The notes beneath the pieces are model-generated. The model worked only from the letters and a program-made list of their open reading frames with translations, did not search any database and was not told the DNA's origin. A DNA stretch of 64,000 bases from Chlorokybus atmophyticus (taxonomy: Eukaryota > Plantae > Mesostigma and Chlorokybus algae): the NCBI GenBank assembly GCA_009103225.1, contig RHPI01002069.1, forward strand, positions 1,698,846 to 1,762,845, read 5' to 3'. Each line of letters begins with the position of its first letter. Position 1 is the first letter of the stretch. Position numbers and translations under genes: made by a program. Shown piece after piece: positions 51,573-64,000 of the stretch.

Positions 51573-54123
51573 CTACAGGGCTTAAGCCGAAGCCAGATAA
51601 CAAGCCGCCACGTGTGTAGCCTGCGCAACGAAAGTCGAGGCAGCTGAAAACGAGCTGGGCGTCGCCAACACTCACGTGGGCTGTCCTCTCACTCGGTCGC
51701 CAGAGCCATTGACTGTGTAATGCGGTTAGGCAGGGCCGATTTGGCGACCGCGTGAGAGGTTAGCCACAAGGACTGACTGATGGTAACATGAGACTTGCCA
51801 CGACTGACTTTCGTTGTTTAGCAAGGTGACACTATGTAACAAACCCATTTTGTTTTATATGTTGTGATATGAAACTTTGGTGTAATATATGCAAAAACAT
51901 TAATCACATATGGGAAGAGATTGTATGGTTTGCGCCATTTGACGGGTGTAAGGTCATGTATCAGCGCTTATGGCTGACTTTTCAATATCGCACCCAAGAA
52001 TAATACGTAAATGTTTAAAATAATGAGTAAGCTGTCCTCCACGACGTCAATGTCCCATTATTGATACAGCACAATATGTTGTTAATTGCAAATGAATCAC
52101 AAACAATAAGTTACACCACAATAACGCATAGTGTACACAATACTATTGCATGAACCATACTACGATAAACATGATTTCATATATCAATCCGCATACATGA
52201 ACGAACTTGCGTTTTGGTTATTAATCATGACGTTAACACTCCAGAATGCTTCAGCAAACGCATTTCCTGCTGGGCTTGGCCATGCGAGCAAGGCATTCAC
52301 TTTTTAAAAGTTTGCGATTACTTCAGCCCCCATATGAGGGCTGAAGTAAAGCATTGAGGAGCCATTATTACAAGCGCGCATCGTTATGCCAAGTACATGT
52401 CACATCTTAATTAATTAATTAATTGTATACTGGTAAATATGTACATAGTTATAATTAGATATAGATTGTGATTGTGCAATATCATTCTGATATCATTGAA
52501 ACATATGTGTACAACAGATATACTTCCGTTTTTAAAATTATTTTTTTAAAACCTGGGTGTTAATCTGAGCGATTATGTAACGCAATGCATAATCCACAAG
52601 GATAAATATTGTGTTAATCCATCACCATATTATAGATCACAAGATGGGCGTGAATTCATTGACATAAAGCGCTTATGACTACTCATCTCATGCAATAAGA
52701 TAATACTCGTGCGGATGTACGCGAACTCATATCAACATGTTATTCCCTTACCTTAACCCTATAACATAATGAGTACTAAACAAGCTTTAAAATGAAAAGC
52801 TGACTTTTTAAACAAAGATTTGCTATTATAGCAATAATGATTACCATAAGCTCTTTGTATTCATTTAATACAGACCATGCTCTCATCAATGAAGCGTACT
52901 TTTGGGCAACCCTCTGGGAGCGACTTAGATTACACTATCCGCATTGATTACATCGACACATTCCAAGACGCATGACAATTTTGCAAATGATGGTTGTACT
53001 ATAGCACAAACATGATGTACGTATCACAACCTATGTTTATACATACATACATACATACATTGAATAAAAACATGTAATGCGCGATGAGTTTGCAAGCTTG
53101 CTTTAAGGTGCTCGAAGCTTGTGGCAATGACACATTGTCAGCTGTGGGTCATAGCCCGTGATCCATGGCCATGCACTTGAACAAGGTGTTCCTTCTTACT
53201 GCACGAAGTCGCACAGAGCTTAGCCAAGCATACTTTTATATATGATCGCACATCAAGTTCAACGGGTATTTTGATACTTCGACCATTGAATTATTAACGA
53301 CTTACTTGCTGTTGAGTAACTTTACTCACATTACATTTAATCGCTGATTTTTTCACAAAGTGACTGCATTATTAACGCATGTGCAAACGTTCATTAATAT
53401 AATAGCATGCACGGTTTTAATAATTGCAGTGCATACATTACAAAGCACATCATGCATGTGTGCGTTGCCCGTGCTGTTGTCTATTGTTGTCATCTGAGCT
53501 AAGCATGACCAACATTCTACCGTATGTTAGTAGTTCAATGCGATGCGACCATATTTTCATAAAACAAACGTCTCAAGCAGCAACCCTCCGATTAACACAT
53601 GCACTACAACTGCAAGTTGTTCCTATTGCCGTGTTGGTTTATGACGACACAATTGCAATGTGCATTACAACAAACACAGCATTTCCTTCTGACGTTGTGT
53701 GGTTGCACAATTAGTCATAGCACTTAGCGCGCCACACACGTAATCATGCATGATTGTACCTGAATGCTTAGTGTGCGAAAAGACAAACGGGCTATCACCA
53801 TTGCATCCAGATACCGTGCTCATACTTGACGAAACAGCAATGAGTCAAGCATCTAATATAAGGTGACAAAATTCTGACTAAAGTCAACCACATGCACAAT
53901 GTTGCGCAATGGCTCAAACACAAATGCAACGTCATGTCAAGCTAGCCTCTATATAAAACTTCTATGTACAAATGTAGCACATGCTACAACATATTTGGCA
54001 CTGGCAGAGCCAATCCAGTTGGAGCTGTGCCAGACACAGCACCAACCGTTGTGCCACTACTACGCCAGCAGTGTATGATACAACTAGTAGTACAATGATG
54101 CAATGTCATCAGCTATGCCTGAG

Positions 54124-56809
54124 CTAGAGCGGTGGGTCCCTAATTACCTGAGGCACGAAGTCGTGCTGGACATACCTACTGAAGTAGTCGGCGTAAACCT
54201 CATACCTTGCAGTCATGCGGAAACCCCACTTGTCTTTGACTTGCTGACAGAGGTTGAGATCCATCTCCGCAACCATTAGCCCATCTCGACACCTGCCACA
54301 CATTATTGAAACTCCAAACACTTGCAACTCAATGCAGTAGTTTCAGGGTTGACACACAACAACACCTGCTCAAGCTTGGCGTGCGCGATGCATCGGGAGC
54401 GGCAAAGTAGCTCGAGCCATAGAAATGACCAAAATCATTGTGTGCAGGCTTGCCATCACCAGAGGTAAAGGCATTGGGGAAAGTCTCCGTGCCCACCCGG
54501 TTGATGGACCCGACAAAATAGCTGTTCGCAATAGCGGCGTTGCGGCCTTCAATTGCCCACATGGGCTCACTCAACGAGCCCACTGTGGCAGAGGGGTTGA
54601 AGACTATCTCTGCACCGTTCATGCCAAACACCTGCACATGAAGTCAGTATCAACACTCGTGATCACTGCATCATTGTATCACGTGTGCCAGTGACAAAAG
54701 ACACTTGATCATGCTGACACTATTGCTACATGCCTGCCAGTTCATGGGATGGTGTCGTCCATAGCAGATGTTGACAGCAATCTTGCCATAAGCGGTCTCA
54801 AAAACCGGGTGTCCAGTGTTGCCCTCCATATAGTATGTGCTCTCGTTGAAGTCACCAACACGAGGGATGTGGTTCTTGCGATGCTTGCCAATAACATTAC
54901 CTGCAGCAGCCCAAACGAATGTAGTGCTGTTGCTCTACGGCATTATGTCTGATAGCATAAACACAAAGTCATGTACCCAGCAACTGTAACTGTACCATTG
55001 TTGCCAACTATGACAGCAGTGTTCCAGATTGTTCCCCCGTGCGCCTCATCACGCTCAAGTATTGGACTCACAATCACCATATTGTGCTTGCGAGCAAGCT
55101 CCTGGCAGGGCAGCAGCACGCAGATTAAGAATGGCTCACAATTCACATAGACCAGACACACAGGTCCTGTTCGTGTTCAATCAGATTGCTAAGCCTTGGC
55201 CTTTGTGGAATGCAGCATCACACCAAGTAGGTTGAGAGCAAGCCAACAAACGAGGTACCTCACCTGAATGAATATGGTGGACTCGCCCTTTTCTGCGCTT
55301 TCTGCAAACTCGCACCAGCTTCTTTCCCGCGTGCAGAACCCAAAAGGCATAGTCCAGGCCTCCTGCATGAGCCAGCACAGAGTTGTGAGCATCAAAAGTG
55401 GGGTTTAAACACTTCGCGTGCAATGCAGTCTACCTGCAAGCAGAGAACCTTGACGCCAGCAGCACCAGCTGCGTCAATGATGTCACGCACGCGAGCCATG
55501 ATCGCACGCTTCTGCTCGGGAAATGGTGCTGTCGTTGGCAGGACGATCGCATTCTGCACCAGGCCAACCTGAGGTACACAACATTACCAAGTAGTTGGTG
55601 AATATATTCAAGGCCATGCTAGCAACAGCAGTTGCCCTCCCAAACTGTGTCTTGCAGAAGGCTGTATAATTCCGATATAGCTCAACATTTCAACCATTCA
55701 CAAGCAGAAACTGTCAAGTGTTGGATGTGATTATTACCTTGACAATGCGTGGAGCACGCATCTGCTCCGGAACAGCCACGAACCTGAAAGCCTTGCGCAA
55801 AGGAAGGAGCATAAGAAACCCTAAGACTTGTGTACAAAGTCTGGCTGACTTCCCACCAATAGCATCTGTCACACACTCACCTGCAGGTCAAAATTGCCCT
55901 TGCTTGCCGCCACCAGGGCGCGGTCATCCACCTTTAGCTCAGCCACGGGCGACCCGTTGTTGAGGCCGAGCATGACACCACGCGCAGCCGCGAGCGCATC
56001 CGGCGGCAAGTGCGCCGCCAACAGCGCGTCCAGAGACTCGTGGCCGGCAAGCGTGGCGTCGGCATCCTTGTGCTTGTGCGAAGCCTGCACAGATAAATGA
56101 AACTTTGACACACGCTCACCATTCTACCTGCGATATATATAAGCTTACAAGGACAGTGGGTGGGGTACTGATTAGTGTGCGCAGAAGAGGATAGGTACTG
56201 TTTGTGTTGGTATGTTGGTGTGTTAGCTGTCGTGTTTGAGACGACAATCTGCACGCTCGACTACATGTGCGACCGCGATTGCTCGTGCCCCACCAACTTG
56301 ATGAAAGAGAAGAGCACGTGCACAACTACTTACTCCAAGCAGTTCAAGTTGTGGCTTGGCCACTGACTGGTAACAGCAACGACCAAGGATGGAGGCTGTT
56401 TTCTGTGCAATTTATTAACATGTACTTGGTGAAGGGCTTGCTGTTAAAAGGGAGAATATGTCAATTACAATCAATTGGCATTCCTGAAACAGCAGTTGAA
56501 TGACATTCCACAACAACTGAAGCACGATGCGCAGACAATTTGTTTACTCACAACGTAATCAAGCAATGCACGTGCCTCGAGAAGCATGTGAACAAGGGAC
56601 CGAACCAGCTGTGATGCATGCTGAAGTACTGATCTTTACTGTACCACTTCGTCATGCAGTTCAGCAAGGTTGGCAGAAAAGCACGCGGAATCCTACCGAT
56701 CCATCAGCCGGTTTGCAAATTGGTAGCAAAACCGAGAAGGTCATTTACAACCACGACGACACAGTACCTCTGCGCCCCCGCCCTCGCCATTGACAACGTC
56801 GCCCGCCAT
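54124..56809 (-). CDS. PYD3: Beta-ureidopropionase (nitrilase family, pyrimidine catabolism), multi-exon
   Basis: [14 protein letters not shown]|ASHKH...[14 protein letters not shown]...NFDLQ; [14 protein letters not shown]...WCEFAES; [22 protein letters not shown]; [42 protein letters not shown]; [10 protein letters not shown]; [20 protein letters not shown]. Confidence 0.96.
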
Positions 56810-56926
56810 GCCGCCGCCCGCCGTCACGCCAGCACCAATTTTTGGGTTAGGGTGAGAATTTTTAGTTAGTGCTGAGTACGAACCAGCTCCACGGAAACCT
56901 GTAAGAAGAAACGGGTTCGTTCACGA

Positions 56927-57999
56927 CTACCGTGACCAGAACTTTACGTATACTTGTTGACTCTTCTTGTTTGTTTTTCGCTTCGTATGCCGTCCTACAG
57001 CTAGTTCCGGATGTTTCGTTATTTGAAGTGTTTGAAAAGTCGCGCGGAGTTTTGTTTCTGCCGGCGAGTCAATGTAAGTTGAGCTGTTGGCGCGCGAGGC
57101 GCGCGGCCCTGCGGCGGCTGATTTCTGGCAATCCGTTAAACTGCTAGGGTATATTCACCTTATTTCGGAGTTGACCCTAAGTTTGTGAATGGTGAGCATG
57201 CAACGTTCGCCTATAATAAAATAAAGTGGAATTTACAGGGATAGTAGATCCCATTAAAAGCTATTTAACAAGCTACGGACCGGCTTGAACGACCATGTAC
57301 TGCGCTTGTACCATATCATTGTTTGTATGTCAACTGACCATACCATTGGTACCCCTGATTTTCACAATGCTGGGATTGATAATAACTTCTGCAATACTTC
57401 ACCAACTTGGGTGGCGTTGAGCGCTACGGAGTAATTTATTCTGTTGTAGAATTAGGTTTGCAAGTTTTTTATATTATACGGCTATACACCCCAAGTTAAT
57501 CCACTTCAAGTGATCTACCCTATAAACTCCCCTACACAAGGTTATCTCCACGGTGGTATGATTGTTATATCCAGTCTGGGCCGCCCAAAAGTTGGTGGCG
57601 GCCACAAAAGTGATGTACAAGGTCACCACCGGTCTTAACCACAATAAATTAGCCATCTTTTACCCTAGGAGCTGTCAAATAGCTTTGAGAGTAGTGTGTT
57701 ACTTCCGAAGTTAGGGTCAACTCCGATTTTGCGGAAACCCCAAAACCACACCCTACTTTGGCGCACCGTCCCATGATAGCAATACAAACACCGCCGTGTA
57801 CATAAAATCCTCAACTTCAAGAACATAACTACACTGCCGCCGAGTAAGCAACGTAGCAAAGGTTACAGGCTGAAAACCTCAAAAAATCCCGAAGTTAGGT
57901 GAAGTTACCCTAGTGTGTTGTAATACATTTTACGTACGAGAGTGCTTCTGAATTGTTTTTTTGGTTTTTGAATACGTAAAGTTCTGGTCACTACGGTAC
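56927..57999. mobile_element. Putative non-autonomous DNA transposon (MITE-like) with nested inverted repeats
   Basis: Outer IR: gtgaccagaactttacgtat (56932-56951) / atacgtaaagttctggtcac (57972-57991), 20 bp perfect. Inner IR: ctagggtatattcaccttatttcgg (57144-57168) / ccgaagttaggtgaagttaccctag (57889-57913), plus tcggagttgaccctaa (57165-57180) / ttagggtcaactccga (57711-57726). Confidence 0.6.
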
Positions 58000-58707
58000 T
58001 TGATCACGACTTGCTGATCCGGTGTTCAATGTCACTCAGGAAGGACGACGTCACGTCAATCCGCCGAAAGCGTGACGCGGCTAGTGTGACTCAGCTATTC
58101 GCTGCGAACAATGGCTGCGTCGCTTTTTACGTGCCATGCATGTTTTGCTGGCCAATCGATGCATGCCCTTGCCGCCAAGTTGCGTTGCCGAAATTATTGA
58201 GAGAAGGACGCTTGCTTGCCTGCCTTTAGTCGCACGTGGCGCACCGATGTGAGCCAGATGCGTGCTTCTTTTGTGCAAACTTTACAAACCAGACAGGCCC
58301 TAGGCCTAGAGATTGATGGAAGGGAGTTAACTTGCCTGTGTAGTGTAGTAAAGTGACTCTACTGTCTTGCACGCAGTCAACACGTTGACAACATGACTGA
58401 CGCAATGGCTGTCCCGGTTCAGCTGCTCAACAGGGACCCCGTAGAATGCATTGCATCAGTGCAGGTAGCAGGGTACCAGGTACCGCAGATACTGTGCTTG
58501 CACCAATGGGAAACGCCGGTGGCCATGCTGTGCGTGCCATGTGTCACCTACCTTGTCAAGGACTGCCCAATATGAACTGATGATGCAAAGGCAAAGCAGT
58601 CCCATTGCAGTTGGTTTCTCAGTCTACTGTAAGAGAAAGGCCTGTGCGGAATGACGTCGCTCGCTAGTCCTGCTGGAGTCCCCAGGCATAGATCAGTGGG
58701 GAGTGTT

Positions 58708-58773
58708 CACAGTAGGCTGCCAGCTAGCTACGCAGCGTTGCCGCGCTGCGTAGCTAGCTGGCAGCCTACTGTG
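58708..58773. repeat. Perfect 30-bp inverted repeat with 6-nt loop
   Basis: cacagtaggctgccagctagctacgcagcg / ttgccg / cgctgcgtagctagctggcagcctactgtg. Confidence 0.97.
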
Positions 58774-59231
58774 GCTACTGGAGAAAGTGACTGCCTCACA
58801 GTAACAGCAACATTCAAGTCAGATTGATGAAAAAGGTACGCATGGCATATAAGCAAAGTATGCAGTTCTAGCTCGAAAACTACACCGAACTCTCAGTGTA
58901 AGTTAAGCCAAGATACTGCCAGGTACCATGCATTGGGGAGAGAATAAGCCTTAGAATCCATCCTTATTTCACGAGAGTTGCCCGGGCGACGTCGCCTCAC
59001 TCCGAGCGAGGTGTATCAGTGTGAAAGGTCAGATTGAGTGTGAAAGGTCAAAGGTTTTAATCCCAACAGTATCAGAGTAGCGTAATCAGTACAGCAGCGA
59101 ACCGCCCCCTTTACGAGGTAGTACAAAAACCCCCCAGCCTCCCTTCCACTTCACAGAACAAACAGCAGCCGCAGTAGTTGCTACACCCTCGTCTCACCTC
59201 TACCACCTCCTGCTCCTTCTCCTCCTCAGCC

Positions 59232-60919
59232 ATGGCGACCATGCGCGCCTCCCTCCTCGCCCTGGTCCTGGCCGTAGCTGTGGCCGCCGTTGCTGCGGAG
59301 AATGGCCCCGTCCGCCTGCAGAACTCCCGCTACTCGGAGGCGCTCGGGTCAAAGACGCCGCACCCGAGATACTCTGGATCAGGAGGCATTGTCCGGACAC
59401 TGGACCTGCCTGACGTATGTGTTGGTGTGGGGAGGTGTGGGTGAGGGGTCTCTCTCTCTGTGTGTGAGTGTGCGGGCATGCATGTGTGTATGTGTCATTT
59501 TGACTGTGACTGATGTGTATGTTCATGTGTGTCTCAGTTGGACAAGACCATGGTGAATGTGTGGAGGGTGACTCTGTACCCTAGTGGACTGATGCTTCCC
59601 ACCTTCGTTCCCGGCGGCCGTGTTGCCATCCACATCATTTCAGGTGTGTGGTAACTACATCTGCATTCATGCATGCAGTACGCATGTGCCAACAGATACC
59701 AACACACCCACATTGTTGTGCTTGACAGGCAGCGCCAGAGCCATGGTGACCGATGTGGTGGGTGTCCCCATGCCCATGCGCGACCTCGGCCCCTACGACT
59801 CCATCCTCATCGGCGCAGACCAGGTGTACTCACTCCTCAACATCGGCGAGGGCAACCTCGAGGTCATCATCTACGTCATGTGAGTGTGTGTGTGTGTGTT
59901 TGAGAGGAAAAGAGAGTGAGGAAAACCACATACCCACATCATCTTTGTGTATGCCAGTCTGCGTGACCGCCTGTTCTACCCTATTCGCTTTGCTACACTC
60001 ACCGGTGGCAAGAACTCCATCCTCGCTGCTTACTCCGACGTCGTCCAGCGCTCTGATTTCAACGTCTCCAAGGCTCTCTACAACGAGGTGTGTGTGTTTG
60101 TGTATACGTGTCCATGTGTGTGACTTGGTCTCTGACTTGGTTGGCTCTCTCACTCAGGTCATTGGTGGTGCCACTGAGGATGATTATGTTACGCTCGCCA
60201 AGCCTGAGCTCTTGACAAGGAACCTATACCAGGAGCGTCCTGGCTTCCCTCTCACCCCCTTCCCCAACATCTTCAACCACGATGGAGGTACTCATACACC
60301 CTCCATGTGTGTGTGTGTGCGTGGCTGATTGTATGTGATATTGCAGGTTTGCCTGCGGCTCAGATTATCCGTCTTCAGCCTGAGATCAACTCCAGCCAGT
60401 ACATCGCTTTCACCTTGGAGCCAACCGCCATCGAATTGGCTGTCGGCAAGGGAGGACCTGTGAGTGGTTGTTGACTGTGGTCTTGCACTCCCATGTTGTG
60501 TCGACACAACTTACCCTCACATGTGGACACCACCATGTTGTGTCACACAGGGCGCTGTGCTCATCCTGAACTACGTCAACAACGCCATGCGCTACGTGTA
60601 CATCTCAGGTAGAAGAGTGGCACTATGTTGGTAATGTCACCCACATCCACTTGACACAGCAAGAGCGATGTGATGTGAACTTTGTATGTCTCACTGTTCA
60701 GAGGGACGCACTCGCGTTGAGTTCGCCACTCCGGACGGTTTCCCCAAGTTCCGCAAGACCCTGAAGAAGGGCGACATCGTGTTCATCCCTCCTGCGCACC
60801 CCGTCGTGTTTGTCGGCCCGTGCGACGAGAAGTACGAGCTCATCGCCTTCATCACGCGGTTTCCTCCGACCACGTTCTCACTCTCTGGCGTGTGGAACCC
60901 AGCGGCTCAGGTACATATG

Positions 60920-60958
<39 letters not shown>

Positions 60959-61233
60959 GCAGAGAAGTTAAGAATGTAGTGCGTGTGCGTGTGCGTCACA
61001 CAGAGAAGTTGAGATGGCGTGTGTGTATGTGTCATTGACAAGCCACTCAATCTTCACTGTTGTGTGCTCCACAGGTCAAGAACATCTACAACTCTTTCGA
61101 TCCTGCTCTGCTGGGTTCTGCTTTCCCCGGTGCGTCGCAGGAGGGCGTGGACACCTTCTTCAATGCGCAGGGCAGGTCGCTGTATCTGCCCAACCAGAAC
61201 TGCCCCGAGCTGTTCAAGGGCGTATTCTTCTGA
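59232..61233 (+). CDS. Secreted bicupin, seed-storage-globulin (7S/11S)-like, 9 exons
   Basis: Signal peptide MATMRASLLALVLAVAVAAVAA. Cupin 1: GGIVRTL...VTLYPSGLMLPTF...HIISGS...LGPYDSILIG...LNIGEGNL, then LTGGKNSILAAYS...DFNV. Cupin 2: GAVLILNY...YISEGRTRV...LKKGDIVFIPPAHPV, then FSLSG...NSFDPALLGSAF. Confidence 0.85.
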
Positions 61234-62459
61234 ATATATACCCTTTTGTCTGGCCTTAGAGGCACTAGAGAGACCTCAGCAAACCCATTTGTTTGTTACA
61301 TGAGAGTGGCCTTGTAGTTCCCGAATAGGTAGGCTCTGTTGCAGCTGCGCTCAACTAGCAGTCAGGGCAGTTGAGTTGCACATGAAAAGTTCAATTTGCA
61401 GCCAATTCCATTATTATCTTTTGTGTCGCTCCAACGTACACTGCTGTGCGAGGCTCTGTTTGCGCTGATTGTGCATATTCGCGCAATATCATGACGCACA
61501 CATGGTGTTTTGCAAACTACCTATACCACAGTCATCCACTGTCCATGTGGAAGCCAGTACAACACGTCAGAACTACGTCACTCCCTCCTCATTCTCCACA
61601 GGATAACTTCTACAACACCTTCAGCACCACAACTTGCCAGCAACAATGCCATGCAATGGACAAGCTTGCCCATAAACCCAAACTGATGTGGCAGAGTATA
61701 ACCAGACTTCTCTGCCAACCGGGATGGGGCACCGCTGCAGACGGTGCCACCGACGGCGGAAGAGGCCGCCGTGCTCGCTGGGGGGTTGTGAGCAGTATGG
61801 CCCGTTTGCGCAGGGTGTATGCGCTAGCGCTGCTGTAATTGCTGGTGGTTTGTGGTTGTTGTAGGCATGGTCGCTGCCCCAAACCCTTGGCAGTGCTCTC
61901 TGTAATGTAGGAGTTGCTTGTTTGAAGACAACGTCCATGTTGCTGTGCAGCAGAGCCAAGTTTACCAGCTTTGCTCTTGCCGAGCGTGCAACTTATACGC
62001 ACCTACTGTAACATGACAACACGTGAATGAGCAGGGCACACCCTTGTCAATGCCAAGCAGCAACGAAAACCTCTAGGCGTTGGGAGCTCCTTGCAATCGC
62101 ATCAGCTAGCTGGATTGATTGCACGTGTTTGCGACCCAGTACAATCTACCATTGAGTGTCAGCAAGACCGATTGACCGTGCCAAGTCTGAAGCGCTCAGT
62201 GACGCTATGGGCAAATGACATAGATCAAACTAACCTCTCATATGCAGTCTTGCAATGCTGCCCCCCCCCCCCCCCCCCCCCCCCCCCNGGATCGAACACT
62301 CACACGATGCACGCTACTGCCATATCACTGGATGTGCCGAACGCATACGACATTGCACACAACATTTATCACTAACAAAACACGCGCTGCACATAAACAA
62401 GGTGTTTATGCGACGCAAACGCAAAGGAGGTTGCTACTGCTATGTGACCACTGCGAAGA

Positions 62460-64000
62460 TCAGCGCTTTCCTTTCGGTTTAGCTGCGCCCTGTTTTCTTT
62501 GCTCCTTCTTGGCAATACCCGCCTTGCCTTTATTCACACCCAGGGGGTTGGCTTTCCCCCCTTTGCCTTTGGCACCTTTCCCCGCAGGCTTTCCTGCTCC
62601 TCCTCCCGTTTTCTTGTTTGCCTTCGCTCGCCGTTGCTCCGACTCCACGTTGTATGTTGACACGGCCTAAATTGCACAACTGGTGTCATGCGTGGTGCAC
62701 ACGATGACAACTACAGCCAATGCGAGTCACAATGTAGCTCATGGTCAACATTCATACCAGAAGCACAGGCCTGAGTGCGCGAGCACGTAAACTGATGCAT
62801 GCCAACAGCAAAAGACATGTGCAAATTTCTTAAGCACATACATGCGGCTCTGTTGACACACTTATCTGCAACGCATCACTTTACCTTGTTGATGTCAAGG
62901 ATGTCCGAGCTGTTCTTGGCAAGCACCGAGTCCACAAAACTCAGCATGCGCTTGCTCTCTTCTCCTCGCGCCGTCCTCGGCTCCACAGTGGGCGCAAACT
63001 GTGCAGCAGGTATAGAGATGTCACAACTCAACAACTCACTTTGTTTATTCGCACACACTCCTTGATAATCGCGAAATAGTGCTCGTCGCAAGCGCATAAA
63101 GCAATGCTCGAGTGCCACACAAGCGCACATGTGTGTTTAGCTGCAACAGATACCTTCCGCCTTTTGCCTTTTTGCGCCAAGTCTGGCCGCTCACCGGGCA
63201 GCTTCTTATCAAACTTGCCTCCGCTGGCTGTGGCGGAGGCGGCAATGGACGCCGCCTGCGCCAGCTGTCGCTTATCATGCTTTATCCTACCGGGCTCGGC
63301 TTTGGGCATGCCTCGCTCCACTGGGATGTGTGATGTCAAAGCGATAGTGCTGGCAAAGAGAAAGTCAGACAGTGTCAAAAGCACACTCTAATGTTGCACA
63401 CCCACCTTGGAAGTGCTGATCTGCCATTGGCTTTTGCAGCAGCTTTGACATTGCCCAACTGCTGGGCTTGGTTCTTCGCCACTCGAGCTTTCTTGTCAAC
63501 ACGCATTTTTGAGAACGGATCTTCACCAGGAACTGCAATGAAAACATGAGTGAGCACGCAGTCTGTGTTTGTGCAAGATGGTCAACCTTGCGTTCATACA
63601 GCTCTGCTTGACTGCTATTTGGTTATGTGAAGCAGCAGTAAAACTTGCTCAGTACCATCAGAGGCTTTCGCTTCAATGTATGGAATTTCCTGTTCATCGT
63701 TGACCCGCTTGTAGCCGTATCGTCTCCTCCACTCTGCTGCCTTCTCATCGTACTCAAGTTTGCTCCGCTTCCGCTTCACTATACCTTTCTCCTTTGCAAA
63801 GCGCTCCCACCTGCACAAACCCCACAGCTAAGCATATAGTGCACCGTGCGCGTTACTGTTGGCACACCATATGCTCATCTGTTAATGTGTGTACTTACTT
63901 GGTGGGAGGTTTGGGCCTTGGCAGAGGCTTATGTCTGGGAAGTGGAAACGTGGGAGCAGGCAGCTCGACCATGCGGCCTCCAACATCCACAGGCCGCGAA
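62460..64000 (-). CDS. RRS1: Ribosome biogenesis regulatory protein RRS1, 5'-truncated by the window edge
   Basis: [24 protein letters not shown]|[35 protein letters not shown]; EDPFSK...KKARVAKNQ; [17 protein letters not shown]; Lys/Gly-rich tail. Confidence 0.95.

Noticed and set aside
49400-51900. Hammerhead ribozyme expected in PLE terminal repeats
   Set aside because: No CTGANGA...GAAA core with flanking stems was found by eye on either strand.
56267-56793. Plus-strand ORFs inside PYD3 intron 1 as a nested gene
   Set aside because: No recognisable motifs or consistent exon chain.

Overview
Intron-rich eukaryotic nuclear DNA, most likely from a flagellated green alga and plausibly an early-diverging streptophyte. 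This is an inference from a plastid-targeted UROD, a plant-type beta-ureidopropionase, cilia genes and GT-rich short introns. Ten spliced protein genes were reconstructed by hand: UROD (+), TBCA (-), SPT16 (+), a head-to-head pair of SPATA4/SPEF1-type CH-domain paralogues (one CH-only, one apparently fused to a JHY-like domain), a secreted bacterial-type PQQ/glucose-sorbosone dehydrogenase-PKD-2x malectin gene (+), a TSNAXIP1-like gene (-), beta-ureidopropionase (-), a secreted seed-storage-globulin-like bicupin (+) and partial RRS1 (-). Gene-free, mostly AT-rich islands (about 1-11, 29-34, 46-54 and 57-59 kb) hold a decayed Naiad/Chlamys-type Penelope-like RT followed by telomere-like repeats, stop-riddled reading frames, nested inverted repeats and many perfect hairpins of unrelated sequence. 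There are five N gaps and one apparently exact 1.7-kb duplication next to gaps. Family assignments come from recalled motifs only; no database search was run.
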